A DNA stretch of 64,000 nucleotides from Candidatus Eiseniibacteriota bacterium. GTDB taxonomy: Bacteria > Eisenbacteria > RBG-16-71-46. Where the stretch lies: NCBI GenBank assembly GCA_038231135.1, contig JBBRLX010000015.1, positions 1 through 64,000 on the forward strand, read 5' to 3'. The notes below the pieces were generated by a model. That model was not told the DNA's origin. It was given only the letters and a program-made list of their open reading frames with translations, and did no database searches. A program made the position numbers and the translations under genes. Positions 18,753 through 28,663 of the stretch are shown here, piece by piece; the stretch's first letter is position 1, and every line of letters begins with the position of its first letter.

Positions 18753-18781
18753 AGGCTAGTCCTCGTATACGGACATGGCAA
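18753..18781 (-). promoter_or_regulatory. Putative sigma70 promoter for the peptide-activator operon
   Basis: TTGCCA-17nt-TAGCCT. Confidence 0.5.
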
Positions 18782-18813
18782 GGACGAACTATCCTTGACA
18801 ATCCCGGGACACG

Positions 18814-20208
18814 CTATGGCCGCTTGATCTTGGGGCCGCCGGCACCGTCCTCGACCGTCACACCATGGTCGAGCAGCCGTTGCCGGAGCTGGTCGGCCTG
18901 TTTCCAGTCCTTCGACTTGCGCGCCTGCTCCCGCTGCTCGACCAGCTCGAGGATCTCGGGCGACCAGTCCTCCTCCGCTTTGGGGCCTTTCCAGAACAGG
19001 CCGAGCACCTGCCCCAGCCGCAGCAGCTCGCGGGCTCCCGAGCGGGCTTCGGGGGTGCGCTGCTCGTCCAGCGCCCGGTTCACGGCCCGCGACAGGTCGA
19101 ACAGGCAGCCGATCGCCTTGGCGGAGTTGAAATCGTCGTCCATCGCCTCGCCGAACGCCGCCTCGGCCGCCTGCGTGGCCTCGGCCATGGCGCCGGTGGG
19201 CGGCGGGGCGTCTTCCACGTTCCAGACCTGGGAGCGTTCGAGGGGCGCGCGCAGGCGCTGGAACGCCACCCCCGCCTCGTCCAGCCGCTCCTGGCTGAAG
19301 TCGATCGGGCTGCGGTAGTGGGTCGAGAGCAGGTAGAACCGCACCACCTCGGGGTCGGTTTGGGCGGCGATGTCCTCGATGAAGAACAGGTTGCCCGTGC
19401 TCTTCGACATCTTCTCCCCGCCCAGATTGACCATGCCGTTCTCGCACCAGTAGTTGGCGAACGGCTTGCCGCTCGCGGCCTCGGACTGGGCGATCTCGTT
19501 CTCGTGGTGCGGGAAGATCAGGTCCTGCCCGCCTCCGTGGATGTCGAGCGTGTCGCCGTACAGCGTCATCGCCATCGCCGAGCACTCGATGTGCCACCCC
19601 GGGCGCCCCGGTCCCCACGGGCTCGGCCACGCCGGCTCCCCCTCCTTCGCCCCCTTCCACAGCGCGAAATCCAGCGGGTCGCGCTTCGCCTCGCCCGGCT
19701 CGATGCGATAGCCCTCGCGCATGTCGTCCACCTTCCGACCCGACAGCTTCCCGTAGTCGGTCCGGCTGCGGACGTCGTAGTACACGTCGCCACCCGCGGC
19801 GTAGGCGTGGCCCTTCGCGATCAGCGTCGCGATCAGCGCGTGCATCTCGCCGATGTGCCGGGTCGCGCGCGGATAGTCCGTCGCCCGCTTGATGTTGTGC
19901 AGGTCGGCGAACTTGAGGAAGGCGTCGATGTTGCGCTCGCTCACGGCCTTGTAGTCCACGCCCTCGGCGTTCGCGCGCTCGATGATCTTGTCGTCCACGT
20001 CGGTGAAGTTGTAGGCGTACCTCACCTGGTAGCCCAGGTGCTCGAGGTAGCGGCGCATCACCTCGCCCGACAGCGAGGCGCGGATGTGGCCGACGTGCGG
20101 CTTGTTCTGCACGGTCATGCCGCACACGTACATGCGCACCTGGCCCTGGGTGACCGGCACGAACTCGCGCTTCTCGCGGGTCAGCGTGTCGTAGATCCTG
20201 AGCGTCAA
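18814..20208 (-). CDS. cysS: Cysteine--tRNA ligase
   Basis: MYVCGMTV, HVGH, PGWHIECSAM, KMSKS; TTG start with SD GGGGAG. Confidence 0.97.
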   Translation of the reverse strand: MTLRIYDTLTREKREFVPVTQGQVRMYVCGMTVQNKPHVGHIRASLSGEVMRRYLEHLGYQVRYAYNFTDVDDKIIERANAEGVDYKAVSERNIDAFLKFADLHNIKRATDYPRATRHIGEMHALIATLIAKGHAYAAGGDVYYDVRSRTDYGKLSGRKVDDMREGYRIEPGEAKRDPLDFALWKGAKEGEPAWPSPWGPGRPGWHIECSAMAMTLYGDTLDIHGGGQDLIFPHHENEIAQSEAASGKPFANYWCENGMVNLGGEKMSKSTGNLFFIEDIAAQTDPEVVRFYLLSTHYRSPIDFSQERLDEAGVAFQRLRAPLERSQVWNVEDAPPPTGAMAEATQAAEAAFGEAMDDDFNSAKAIGCLFDLSRAVNRALDEQRTPEARSGARELLRLGQVLGLFWKGPKAEEDWSPEILELVEQREQARKSKDWKQADQLRQRLLDHGVTVEDGAGGPKIKRP

Positions 20209-20260
20209 GAGCTCCCCCTGGTTCGTTGAGTTCGGGCTGGTCCCGAGCCCGCTGTGGTTT

Positions 20261-21151
20261 TCAGGCCGCGGGCGCGGGTGGTTGCGCCGGCGGCGGCGCG
20301 CCCCCGGTGTCGGCGCCGCGCCGGGTGCCGATGCCGGTGTCGGCGAGCGCACTGTACAGGCGGCCGCGCAACTCGCGCGCCGCCTGCTGCGCCACGGCTC
20401 CCGGTCGCGCCCGCAGCACGGTTCGCACCGTGGCCTCGTGACCGGTCACGGATTCTACGCCCCACAGCTCCGCCGGATCGAGCAGCCGCTCGCGCCACGC
20501 GGGGTCGGCGTTGAACTCCGTGAGCACACGGCGGCACACCTCCATGGCGCGATCGAGATTCTGCTGGTCCGTGATCACGACGTCCACCGGGATCCGGTTC
20601 CAGTCGCGGCTGCGGTTCGTGACCACGCGCATCTCGCCGTTCGGCACGAAATGCACGTAGCCGTTGAAGTCGCGCAGCACCGTGGACCGCACGGTGAGCT
20701 CCTCGACCGTGGCGGGCTGGCCGTTGATCTCGATCAGGTCGCCGACCGAGTACTGGTTCTCGATCAGGATGAACACGCCGGCGATCATGTCGCGGACCAG
20801 CGACTGCGACCCGAACCCGACCGCGACGCCGACGATGCCCGCGCCCGCGATCAGCGGCTTCACGTCCCAGCCCAGGATCTGCAGCAGGTGAATCGCCGCG
20901 GCCACGACCACCACGGTGGTGACGAGGCTGCGCATGATCTGGGCGAGCGTGCGGGCCCGCTGCAGCGACTGATGGGTGCCGTGGCCGCGCCGGCCGATGA
21001 ACCGCTCCAGCCGGCCGACGACGAGGAACAGCAGGCGCTGCAGCACCAGCGCCACGGCCAGCGTGGCGCCGATGCGAAACGCGATCTCGATCAACTGCGC
21101 CGGTTCCGGCAGCGTGTACGGCATCGGGTGCGGCGGCGCGGGTGCGCTCAC
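20261..21151 (-). CDS. Small-conductance mechanosensitive channel family protein
   Basis: AGAGIVGVAVGFGSQSLVRD, ENQYSVGDLIEI, VPNG. Confidence 0.92.
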   Translation of the reverse strand: MSAPAPPHPMPYTLPEPAQLIEIAFRIGATLAVALVLQRLLFLVVGRLERFIGRRGHGTHQSLQRARTLAQIMRSLVTTVVVVAAAIHLLQILGWDVKPLIAGAGIVGVAVGFGSQSLVRDMIAGVFILIENQYSVGDLIEINGQPATVEELTVRSTVLRDFNGYVHFVPNGEMRVVTNRSRDWNRIPVDVVITDQQNLDRAMEVCRRVLTEFNADPAWRERLLDPAELWGVESVTGHEATVRTVLRARPGAVAQQAARELRGRLYSALADTGIGTRRGADTGGAPPPAQPPAPAA

Positions 21152-21207
21152 CTAACGCCCCGGCGGCGGCCCGGCGGCCGGCGTACGACGTGCGCGCGCG
21201 CCTGCGC

Positions 21208-22269
21208 TCACACGAGCCCGTCCACGGTCTTCCGGTCGAGCCGCTTCACGAGCGCCACCAGCAGCTTCACCGTCTGGTCGAAGTCGCGCCGGTCGATGAT
21301 GCTGACATGGCTGTGGATGTAGCGGGCCGCGCAGCCCATCGAGATCGACGGCACGCCGTCGGCGTTCAGGTGGATCCGGCCGGCGTCGGTGCCGCCGCGC
21401 TCCACCGATTCGAACTGCAGCGGGATACGCAGCTTCTTCGCCGTGTCGACCGTGAGGTCGAGCAGCTTGCGGTTGGGGATCGCGCTCGAATCGTAGATCA
21501 CGATCAGCGGGCCGCCGCCGAGCTTCTCGTCGCCCTCGGTGCCCGGGGTGTCGTGCGCGATGCCCACGTCGAGCGCGATGCCGACGTCGGGGTTGATGCG
21601 GTGCGCCGACGTCTGGGCGCCGCGCAACCCGACCTCCTCCTGCACCGTGGCGACGGCGTACACGGTGTTGGGATGCGTGCCGCGCGCCAGTTCCTTCACC
21701 GTCTCCGCCGCCAGCGCGCAGCCGAGGCGGTTGTCCCACGCCTTGGCCAGCATCAGGTTGGGGTTCGCCATCAGCGTGAACGACGAGTCCGGCAGGATCG
21801 GGTCGCCGGGCCGGATGTCGAGCTGCTTCTTCACGTCCCAGTCCGACGTGGCGCCGACGTCGATGTACATCTCGCGGATCTCGAGCACGCGCTTGCGATC
21901 CTCCTCGCGCAGCTCGTGCGGCGGCTTCGATCCCACGACGCCGAGCACGTCGCCCTTGCGGGTACGGATGATCAGCCGCTGCCCGAGCACGACGTGGCCC
22001 CACCAGCCGCCGAGCGGCAGGAACTTGACGAAGCCGTCCTTGGTGATCGATTTCACCATGAAGCCGACTTCGTCGAGGTGCCCCGCCAGCATGACGCGGG
22101 GTCCCGCGCCGGTGCCCTTCTTCTCGCAGATGAAGCTGCCGAGCCGGTCGCGGCTGATCGCCCCCACGCCCTTGAGGTGCCGCTGCATCACCGCCGCGAC
22201 GTCGGATTCCGCGCCGGGTGCGCCGTGCGCCTCGACGAGCTGCTTCAGAAACTCCTGGGTGCGATCCAT
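21208..22269 (-). CDS. M42-family metallo-aminopeptidase
   Basis: GHLDEVG, KAWDNR, VQEEVGLRGA, GGTDAG, RYIHS. Confidence 0.93.
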   Translation of the reverse strand: MDRTQEFLKQLVEAHGAPGAESDVAAVMQRHLKGVGAISRDRLGSFICEKKGTGAGPRVMLAGHLDEVGFMVKSITKDGFVKFLPLGGWWGHVVLGQRLIIRTRKGDVLGVVGSKPPHELREEDRKRVLEIREMYIDVGATSDWDVKKQLDIRPGDPILPDSSFTLMANPNLMLAKAWDNRLGCALAAETVKELARGTHPNTVYAVATVQEEVGLRGAQTSAHRINPDVGIALDVGIAHDTPGTEGDEKLGGGPLIVIYDSSAIPNRKLLDLTVDTAKKLRIPLQFESVERGGTDAGRIHLNADGVPSISMGCAARYIHSHVSIIDRRDFDQTVKLLVALVKRLDRKTVDGLV

Positions 22270-22309
22270 TCGGTCCCCTCCTGTGAGCGTACGCAGCAAT
22301 CGGGTCGTT

Positions 22310-23344
22310 TCAGCAGCCTGCGGCGCCCTCGCGAACCCGACGGTGCCGCCGGTGCCAGTCGTCCGCCGCGAGTTCCAGCATGCGGGCGACGAGCTGGTCG
22401 TAGCTCAGCCCGTGCGCCTTCGCGGCCATCGGCACCAGGCTCGTCGGCGTCATGCCGGGAATCGTGTTCACTTCGAGGCACCATGCGCGATTGTCCGGAT
22501 CCAGCCGGAAATCCGAGCGGGCGGCGCCGGCGCAGCCGAGCACCTGCACCGAGCGCAACCCCAGGTGGCGGATGTGCGCGGCCAGCGGCTCCGGCAGGTC
22601 CGCCGGGCAGAAGTATTCGCTGCGGCCCGCGGTGTATTTGGATTCGTAGTCGTAGTGGCCGCCCGGCGGCCGGATCTCGACGATCGGCAGCACCTCGTCG
22701 CCCAGCACCGCCACGGTCAGCTCGCGCCCCGGGATGAACTGCTCGACCAGCGCCTCGTCCCCGTATTCGAACGCCAGCTCGAGCGCGTCGGCGACGTCGT
22801 CCGGGCGGCTCACGATCGTGAGGCCGAAGGTCGAGCCCTCCCGGTTCGGTTTCACCACGATCGGCCAGCCGCCGAGCGCGGTGGCGTCGATCACCGACTC
22901 CCGCTCGCCGAGTCGCACGAGCTGCCAGCGCGGCGTCGGAATGCCCGCGTGCTCGAACACGCGCTTCGCCATCGCCTTGTCCATCGCGAGCGCGCTCGCG
23001 AGCACGCCCGAGCCGGTGTACGGCCGCCCGGCGAGCTCGAGCAGCGCCTGGATCGTGCCGTCCTCGCCCTCGCCGCCGTGCAGCGCGATGAACACGACCT
23101 CGGCGCCGCCGAACGCCGCGGGGTTCGCCACCGCTGAGACCGACGCTTCCGGGAGCCCCCGTACTTCGGCGATCGTCATGGCGCCCGACTCCTCGTCGCC
23201 CGCCGGCAGCAACCGGCCGTTCGCGGCGTCGATCGCCAGCACCTCGTGCCCCAGCGTGCGCAGCGCGTTCGCGATCCCGCGCCCGGTGCGCAACGAGATC
23301 TCCCGCTCCGCCGACCGGCCGCCCATCAGCACCGCCACCTTCAT
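22310..23344 (-). CDS. ddl: D-alanine--D-alanine ligase
   Basis: GGRSAEREIS, LHGGEGEDG, YDYESKY, EVNTIPGMT. Confidence 0.96.
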   Translation of the reverse strand: MKVAVLMGGRSAEREISLRTGRGIANALRTLGHEVLAIDAANGRLLPAGDEESGAMTIAEVRGLPEASVSAVANPAAFGGAEVVFIALHGGEGEDGTIQALLELAGRPYTGSGVLASALAMDKAMAKRVFEHAGIPTPRWQLVRLGERESVIDATALGGWPIVVKPNREGSTFGLTIVSRPDDVADALELAFEYGDEALVEQFIPGRELTVAVLGDEVLPIVEIRPPGGHYDYESKYTAGRSEYFCPADLPEPLAAHIRHLGLRSVQVLGCAGAARSDFRLDPDNRAWCLEVNTIPGMTPTSLVPMAAKAHGLSYDQLVARMLELAADDWHRRHRRVREGAAGC

Positions 23345-24966
23345 CCGCGTGTCCTTTCGCGACTCCAGGCGGCCGCCAGCACGAGATCGGTGTCGCAGCG
23401 CTCGCGCCCACGAAATTCGACGATCAGCGGCAGCTCGGGACCGTGCGTACGTCCGGTGAGCGCCACGCGCACCGGCTGGAACAGTTCGCGTCCCTTGCGC
23501 CCCTGCTGCTGGCCGACCTGCTGCAGCGTGGACTTAATCGCATCGGCATGCCAGTCCGCAAGCGTGCGCAGCGCGGCGGCGAACGCGGCGCACACGTCGG
23601 CGGCGCCGGGCGCCGACAGCGCCGCCTGCCCGTCGGCGTCGAGCTGGCCGAGATCCGGCGGATCGAGCAGCGCGACCGACAGCTCGACCGGCACGTCGGC
23701 GAGCGTCGCGATGTTGCCGTGCACCAGCTCGAGTGCCCGCTGCTGCACGGGCCGCGGCAGCGCGCCCGCGAGCGCCGCATAGTCCTCGGCCCAGATCGCG
23801 GGCGACGGCGACGGCTGCGCGGGCGGCGCCGTGGGCGCGGCTCCCGCGGGAGCGGTCCCGAGTTCGCGCTCGATCCAGTCCAGCAGCCGGGCGCCGTCCG
23901 CGTGATGCAGGTAGTGCGCGTTCACCCACTTTAGCTTGTCGGGATCGAACACCGATCCGCTGGCGCCGACGCGCGCCAGCGTGAACGCCTGGAGCAGCTC
24001 GTCGCGGCTCAGGATCTCGCGGTCATCGCCCGGATGGAACCCCAGCAGCGCGAGATAGCTGAGCAGCGCCTCGGGAACGTAGCCGTCGCGGCGCCAGTCG
24101 CCCACCGCGACCGCCGCCTCGCCCGAGCGCTTGCTCATCTTGGTGCGATCGCGGTTGAGGATCAGCGGCACGTGCGCGAACAGCGGCGGCTCGAGCCCGA
24201 ACGCCGCGTACAGCATGAGCTGGCGCGGCGTGTTCGCGAGATGCTCCTCGGCGCGGATCACATGCGAGATGCGCATGTCGTGGTCGTCCACGACGCACGC
24301 GAAGTTGTAGGTCGGCAGCCCGTTCGAGCGCATCAGCACGAAGTCGCCGACCATCCCTGGCGGGAACCGCACCTCGCCACGCACCAAATCCGGTAATACC
24401 ACTTCCGAGGCCGGCACCTCGAACCGGATGCTGGCGGCGAGGCCGCTGCCGATGCGCGCCTCGCGCTCGGCCCCCGTCAGCCGCCGGCAGCGGCCGTCGT
24501 ACTGCGGCGGCTGTCCGGCGGCGAGCGCCGCCTGGCGGCGGTCCTCGAGCTCGGCGTCGGTGCAGAAGCATGGATACGCGGCCTCGCGGGCGAGCAGCCG
24601 GGTGACGCGCTCCCGATAGAGCTCGAACCGCTCGCTCTGGCGATAGGGGCCATGGGGGCCGCCGCGATCGGGGCCCTCGTCCCAGTCGAGGCCGAGCCAC
24701 GCGAGATCCCCCAGCACGCCTGCCTCGCTCGCGGACGTCGAGCGCGCGACGTCGGTGTCCTCGATGCGCAGCACCATCACGCCGCGCGCCTGCCGGGCGA
24801 ACAGCCAGTTGAAGTACGCCGTGCGGGCGCCACCCACGTGCAGCCAGCCGGTCGGGCTGGGCGCGAACCGCACCCGCACGTGGCGGCCGGCCTCGTGGCC
24901 TCCGCCCGGCGCCGGCAGTGCCGCGGGTTCGCGCGGTCCCGGCCGGGCCGCCCCGGGCTCCGTCAC
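23341..24966 (-). CDS. gltX: Glutamate--tRNA ligase
   Basis: RFAPSPTG, HVGG, LRIEDTD, KMSKR. Confidence 0.96.
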   Translation of the reverse strand: MTEPGAARPGPREPAALPAPGGGHEAGRHVRVRFAPSPTGWLHVGGARTAYFNWLFARQARGVMVLRIEDTDVARSTSASEAGVLGDLAWLGLDWDEGPDRGGPHGPYRQSERFELYRERVTRLLAREAAYPCFCTDAELEDRRQAALAAGQPPQYDGRCRRLTGAEREARIGSGLAASIRFEVPASEVVLPDLVRGEVRFPPGMVGDFVLMRSNGLPTYNFACVVDDHDMRISHVIRAEEHLANTPRQLMLYAAFGLEPPLFAHVPLILNRDRTKMSKRSGEAAVAVGDWRRDGYVPEALLSYLALLGFHPGDDREILSRDELLQAFTLARVGASGSVFDPDKLKWVNAHYLHHADGARLLDWIERELGTAPAGAAPTAPPAQPSPSPAIWAEDYAALAGALPRPVQQRALELVHGNIATLADVPVELSVALLDPPDLGQLDADGQAALSAPGAADVCAAFAAALRTLADWHADAIKSTLQQVGQQQGRKGRELFQPVRVALTGRTHGPELPLIVEFRGRERCDTDLVLAAAWSRERTRG

Positions 24967-25442
24967 GGAATCTCCACCATGGCGACCGCCATCGCGGCGA
25001 GCCCCTCGCGCCGTCCGATCGCGCCGATCGACTCGCTGGTGGTGGCCTTCACCGACACCTGGCCGTCGCCGATCTGGAGCGAGCGCGCGATGTTGATGCG
25101 CATGGTGTCGCGCACCCCCGCGATCTTCGGCTCCTCGGCGAGCAGCATCGCGTCCACGTTGACGACCGTGGCGTCGACGCCGTTGAGCAGCGAGCGGATC
25201 AGCCGCAGCAGCTCGATGCTCGACACGTCCCGCCAGCGCGGATCACCCGGCGGAAAGTGCTTGCCCAGATCGCCCAGCGCGGCAGCGCCGAGCAGCGCGT
25301 CGCCGATCGCGTGCGACAGCACATCGGCGTCGCTGTGCCCCTCGAGCCCCCAGTCGGTCTGGAACTTGACCCCGCCCAGCACGAGCATGCGGCCCTGGGC
25401 GCGGCGATGGATGTCGTAGCCGATTCCGACGCGCAGCGGCAT
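24963..25442 (-). CDS. ispF: 2-C-methyl-D-erythritol 2,4-cyclodiphosphate synthase
   Basis: GIGYDIH, GHSDADV, VKATT. Confidence 0.96.
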   Translation of the reverse strand: MPLRVGIGYDIHRRAQGRMLVLGGVKFQTDWGLEGHSDADVLSHAIGDALLGAAALGDLGKHFPPGDPRWRDVSSIELLRLIRSLLNGVDATVVNVDAMLLAEEPKIAGVRDTMRINIARSLQIGDGQVSVKATTSESIGAIGRREGLAAMAVAMVEIP

Positions 25443-25443
25443 G

Positions 25444-26124
25444 TCAGTGCCTCGCCTGAGTGGACGCGAGCCAGCTCTCGGCGAGCGCGAGGTCGGCGGG
25501 CATCGTGATCTTGAAGTTGAGCGGATCGCCGGACGTGATGCGCACCGGCCGGCCGAGCGCCTCGACCAGACCGGCGTCGTCGGTCGCGATACCGTGGGCC
25601 CCGGCGTGCGCCTCCTCCAGCCAGTCGCGCCGGAACACCTGCGGCGTCTGCACGCGCCACAGCCCGGCTCGCGGCACCGTGGCCTCGACCTGCATGAGCC
25701 GGACCCGCTTGATCGTGTCGTCGAGCGGCACGGCGGCGATCGCGGCGCCGTGCTCGAGCGCCTCGCCGATGCAGCGCGCGATCAGCGCCGGCGTCACCAG
25801 CGCGCGCGCGCCGTCGTGCACCACCACCATGTCGAACTCGCGGGGCAGCGCGGCGAGCCCGCGCGCGACCGAATGCTGGCGCTCGGCACCGCCCGCGCAC
25901 CAGCCGACGACGCGATCGGCCGCGAGCCCGGCGGCTGCCAGCGCGGGCTCGAGCTTCTTCGGATTGCCCACGACCACGATGCCCGCGATCGCGGGCGTGC
26001 GCTGCAGCGCCTCGAGCGCCCAGGCGAACAGCGGCCGGCCGGCAAGCGGCGCCAGCGCCTTGTCGACGCCCGCGGCCAGACGCTCGCCACGTCCGGCGGC
26101 GAGCAGCAGCGCGCCCACACTCAT
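25444..26124 (-). CDS. ispD: 2-C-methyl-D-erythritol 4-phosphate cytidylyltransferase
   Basis: AAGRGER, VHDGAR, QTPQ, TDDA, NFKIT. Confidence 0.95.
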   Translation of the reverse strand: MSVGALLLAAGRGERLAAGVDKALAPLAGRPLFAWALEALQRTPAIAGIVVVGNPKKLEPALAAAGLAADRVVGWCAGGAERQHSVARGLAALPREFDMVVVHDGARALVTPALIARCIGEALEHGAAIAAVPLDDTIKRVRLMQVEATVPRAGLWRVQTPQVFRRDWLEEAHAGAHGIATDDAGLVEALGRPVRITSGDPLNFKITMPADLALAESWLASTQARH

Positions 26125-26197
26125 GCCACGTCCACGACGCGGCCCCGCCCGGCGCTCGCGCTCAGCGGCCGCGCCGGGTTCGATCCCGCGGCCGCCG

Positions 26198-27646
26198 TCA
26201 TCGGGCCGTCCCCGCCGCGGCCGGCTCCGGGGTGCGGCGCGCGCCGAGCACGAGATCGATGCACTCGCGCACGTGCACCGCGGAGACGATCTCGACCCCG
26301 GCGACGCGCACCTCGGACGCCTGCGGCGCGGGCACCACCGCGCGCACGAACCCGAGCTGCGCGGCCTCGCGCACGCGCAGCTCGAGGCGCGGCACCCGGC
26401 GTAACTGCCCCGACAGCGACACCTCGCCCACCAGCAGCGTGCGATCGAGCACCGGCCGCGCGAGGAACGACGACGCCACCGCGAGCGCCACGCCCAGGTC
26501 GGTGCCCGGCTCGTCGAGCTTGAGCCCGCCCGTGACGGTGACGAACACGTCGTGGCGGCCGAGCTTGAGCCGTACACGCCGCTCGAGCACCGCGAGCAGC
26601 ACCGCGAGCCGCTTCTGATCGAGCCCGCTCGTCACCCGCTGGGGAACGCCGTAGAACGACGTCGACACCAGCGCCTGCACCTCGACCAGCAGCGGGCGCG
26701 TGCCTTCGAGACTCGCGACCACCGCCGAGCCCGGCTCGGGGCCGCGGGTCTCGGACAGGAACGCGGCGCTGGGGTTCGCGACGCCGGCGAGCCCCGACTC
26801 CATCATCTCGAACACGCCGAGCTCGTGCGTCGAGCCGAACCGGTTCTTCGCGGCGCGCAGCGTGCGGTAGTGCTGGTAGCGCTCGCCCTCGAGGTAGAGC
26901 ACGGCGTCGACCATGTGCTCGAGCACCCGCGGGCCGGCGACCGCGCCGTCCTTCGTGACGTGGCCGACGAGGAACACGCTGGGACCGCCGCTCTTCGCCA
27001 GGTGCATCAGCGCGAGCCCGCATTCGCGCACCTGCGTGACCGAGCCCGGACCGCCGTCGAGGTCGGCGCGCGACAGCGTCTGGATCGAGTCCACGATCAG
27101 CACGTCGGGCTTCACCGCGGCCGCGGCCTCGAGGATCGCCTCCACGTCGGTCTCGCACAGGATCAGGAGCGAAGGCGGAATCGCCCCCACGCGCTCGGCG
27201 CGCATGCGGATCTGCTCCTCGCTCTCCTCGCCCGACACCACGAGCACCGATCGCCCGGCGGCGCCGATCGCCATCGCGAGCTGGAGCAGCAGCGTGCTCT
27301 TGCCGATGCCGGGATCCCCGCCCACCAGCACCAGCGAACCCGCGACGATGCCGCCGCCGAGCACGCGATCGAACTCGGCGACCCCGGTGGGCTCGCGCGG
27401 CGTGTCGCGGACCGTGACGTCGGCGAGCGGCCGCGGAATTTTGGGACCGCCGCCCGCGGCGGCGGCGGCGCCGGGCGCCCAGCGGGCGCGCGTCCCCGTG
27501 CCGGCGGCGCCGGCGGGCGGCGCCTCGACCGCGGTGTTCCACTCGCCGCACGCCGTGCAGCGGCCGAACCAGCGCGACGCGTCGTTGCCGCACTGCGAGC
27601 AGTAGAAATGGGGCTTTGCGGCCTTGGCCGGCTTCGTGGATTTCAT
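26198..27646 (-). CDS. radA: DNA repair protein RadA/Sms
   Basis: C4 zinc finger, GDPGIGKSTL, KNRFG, Lon-like C-terminus. Confidence 0.97.
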   Translation of the reverse strand: MKSTKPAKAAKPHFYCSQCGNDASRWFGRCTACGEWNTAVEAPPAGAAGTGTRARWAPGAAAAAGGGPKIPRPLADVTVRDTPREPTGVAEFDRVLGGGIVAGSLVLVGGDPGIGKSTLLLQLAMAIGAAGRSVLVVSGEESEEQIRMRAERVGAIPPSLLILCETDVEAILEAAAAVKPDVLIVDSIQTLSRADLDGGPGSVTQVRECGLALMHLAKSGGPSVFLVGHVTKDGAVAGPRVLEHMVDAVLYLEGERYQHYRTLRAAKNRFGSTHELGVFEMMESGLAGVANPSAAFLSETRGPEPGSAVVASLEGTRPLLVEVQALVSTSFYGVPQRVTSGLDQKRLAVLLAVLERRVRLKLGRHDVFVTVTGGLKLDEPGTDLGVALAVASSFLARPVLDRTLLVGEVSLSGQLRRVPRLELRVREAAQLGFVRAVVPAPQASEVRVAGVEIVSAVHVRECIDLVLGARRTPEPAAAGTAR

Positions 27647-27684
27647 TTAGTCCCGGGCGGGGCAGGTGCCGCGCGCGGCGGCCA

Positions 27685-28578
27685 TCAGAAGATGCTGATC
27701 TTGAGATACTTTTTCGGATTCCGCTTCACGTCCTCGATCAGCGACTGGAGCGACTTCACCGAGCTGTTGAGCTCGTTGTACAGCTGCTCGTCGTTCACGA
27801 GCTTGCCCAGCGTGCCGTGCCCCTTGTCGACGCGCTCCGCCACCGACTGGATCACGATGCGCAGCGAATCGAGCCGGGAGGTCATGCGGTCGAGGTTCGC
27901 GGCGGCGTGGCTGAAGTGGTCCAGCGATTCCTTGAGCTGGGCCTCGCGATCCGACGTGAGGTGCTTCGTGGTCGCCGACGCGGCGGAGAAGTTCTGCAGC
28001 GTGGAACCGAGCGCCTTGCGGTTCTCGCTCACCATCTCACGCAGCTCCTCGCTGGTCTTGGAAAAATTGCGCACCGTATTCGACAACCGGTCGTCCCGGG
28101 CCAGCGAATCGGCCATCCGCTTGAACTGCTTCGAAACCGATCCCACCGCGTCGACCGTGCCGCCCATCTGGCCCATCATCTCGCCGGGACCGGGCTCGAA
28201 GACTCCCTGCACGATCTCGCCGGGCGCATACGGCCGCCCGGTCATGAGCAGGTCGATCGAGATCTGCCGCTCGCCCATCAGGCCCACGTTGCGGATCGCG
28301 ACGCGCGAGTCGGTGGTGACCACCACGTCGCGGGAGATCTGCATGTCGACCTCCACGTGGTCGCCGACCAGGCGCACGTCCTTCACCGCGCCCTTGCGCA
28401 GCCCGTTCACGTCGACCGGCGCGCCCTTGGCGATTTCGCCGGCCTGCGAGAACTGCACGCGGTAGACACGCGAGTCGTGCTGAATCGACCAGTCCTTGAG
28501 CCATGCCACGCCCAGGATCATGATCAGGATCGCGCCCACGACCGTGAGGCCCACCTGGATTTCGGTCCTGCGACTCAA
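27685..28578 (-). CDS. mlaD: MCE/MlaD-family protein
   Basis: N-terminal TM, MCE domain, helical tail with GTLGKLVND; TTG start with SD GGAGG. Confidence 0.9.
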   Translation of the reverse strand: MSRRTEIQVGLTVVGAILIMILGVAWLKDWSIQHDSRVYRVQFSQAGEIAKGAPVDVNGLRKGAVKDVRLVGDHVEVDMQISRDVVVTTDSRVAIRNVGLMGERQISIDLLMTGRPYAPGEIVQGVFEPGPGEMMGQMGGTVDAVGSVSKQFKRMADSLARDDRLSNTVRNFSKTSEELREMVSENRKALGSTLQNFSAASATTKHLTSDREAQLKESLDHFSHAAANLDRMTSRLDSLRIVIQSVAERVDKGHGTLGKLVNDEQLYNELNSSVKSLQSLIEDVKRNPKKYLKISIF

Positions 28579-28663
28579 GTGCACTCCTCCCTGGTTCCGT
28601 GCGCCCGCCCGGCGGCGGCGCGGGCACGGCAGCACGCATCCTGCGCGACCCAACGTGTTCGCA

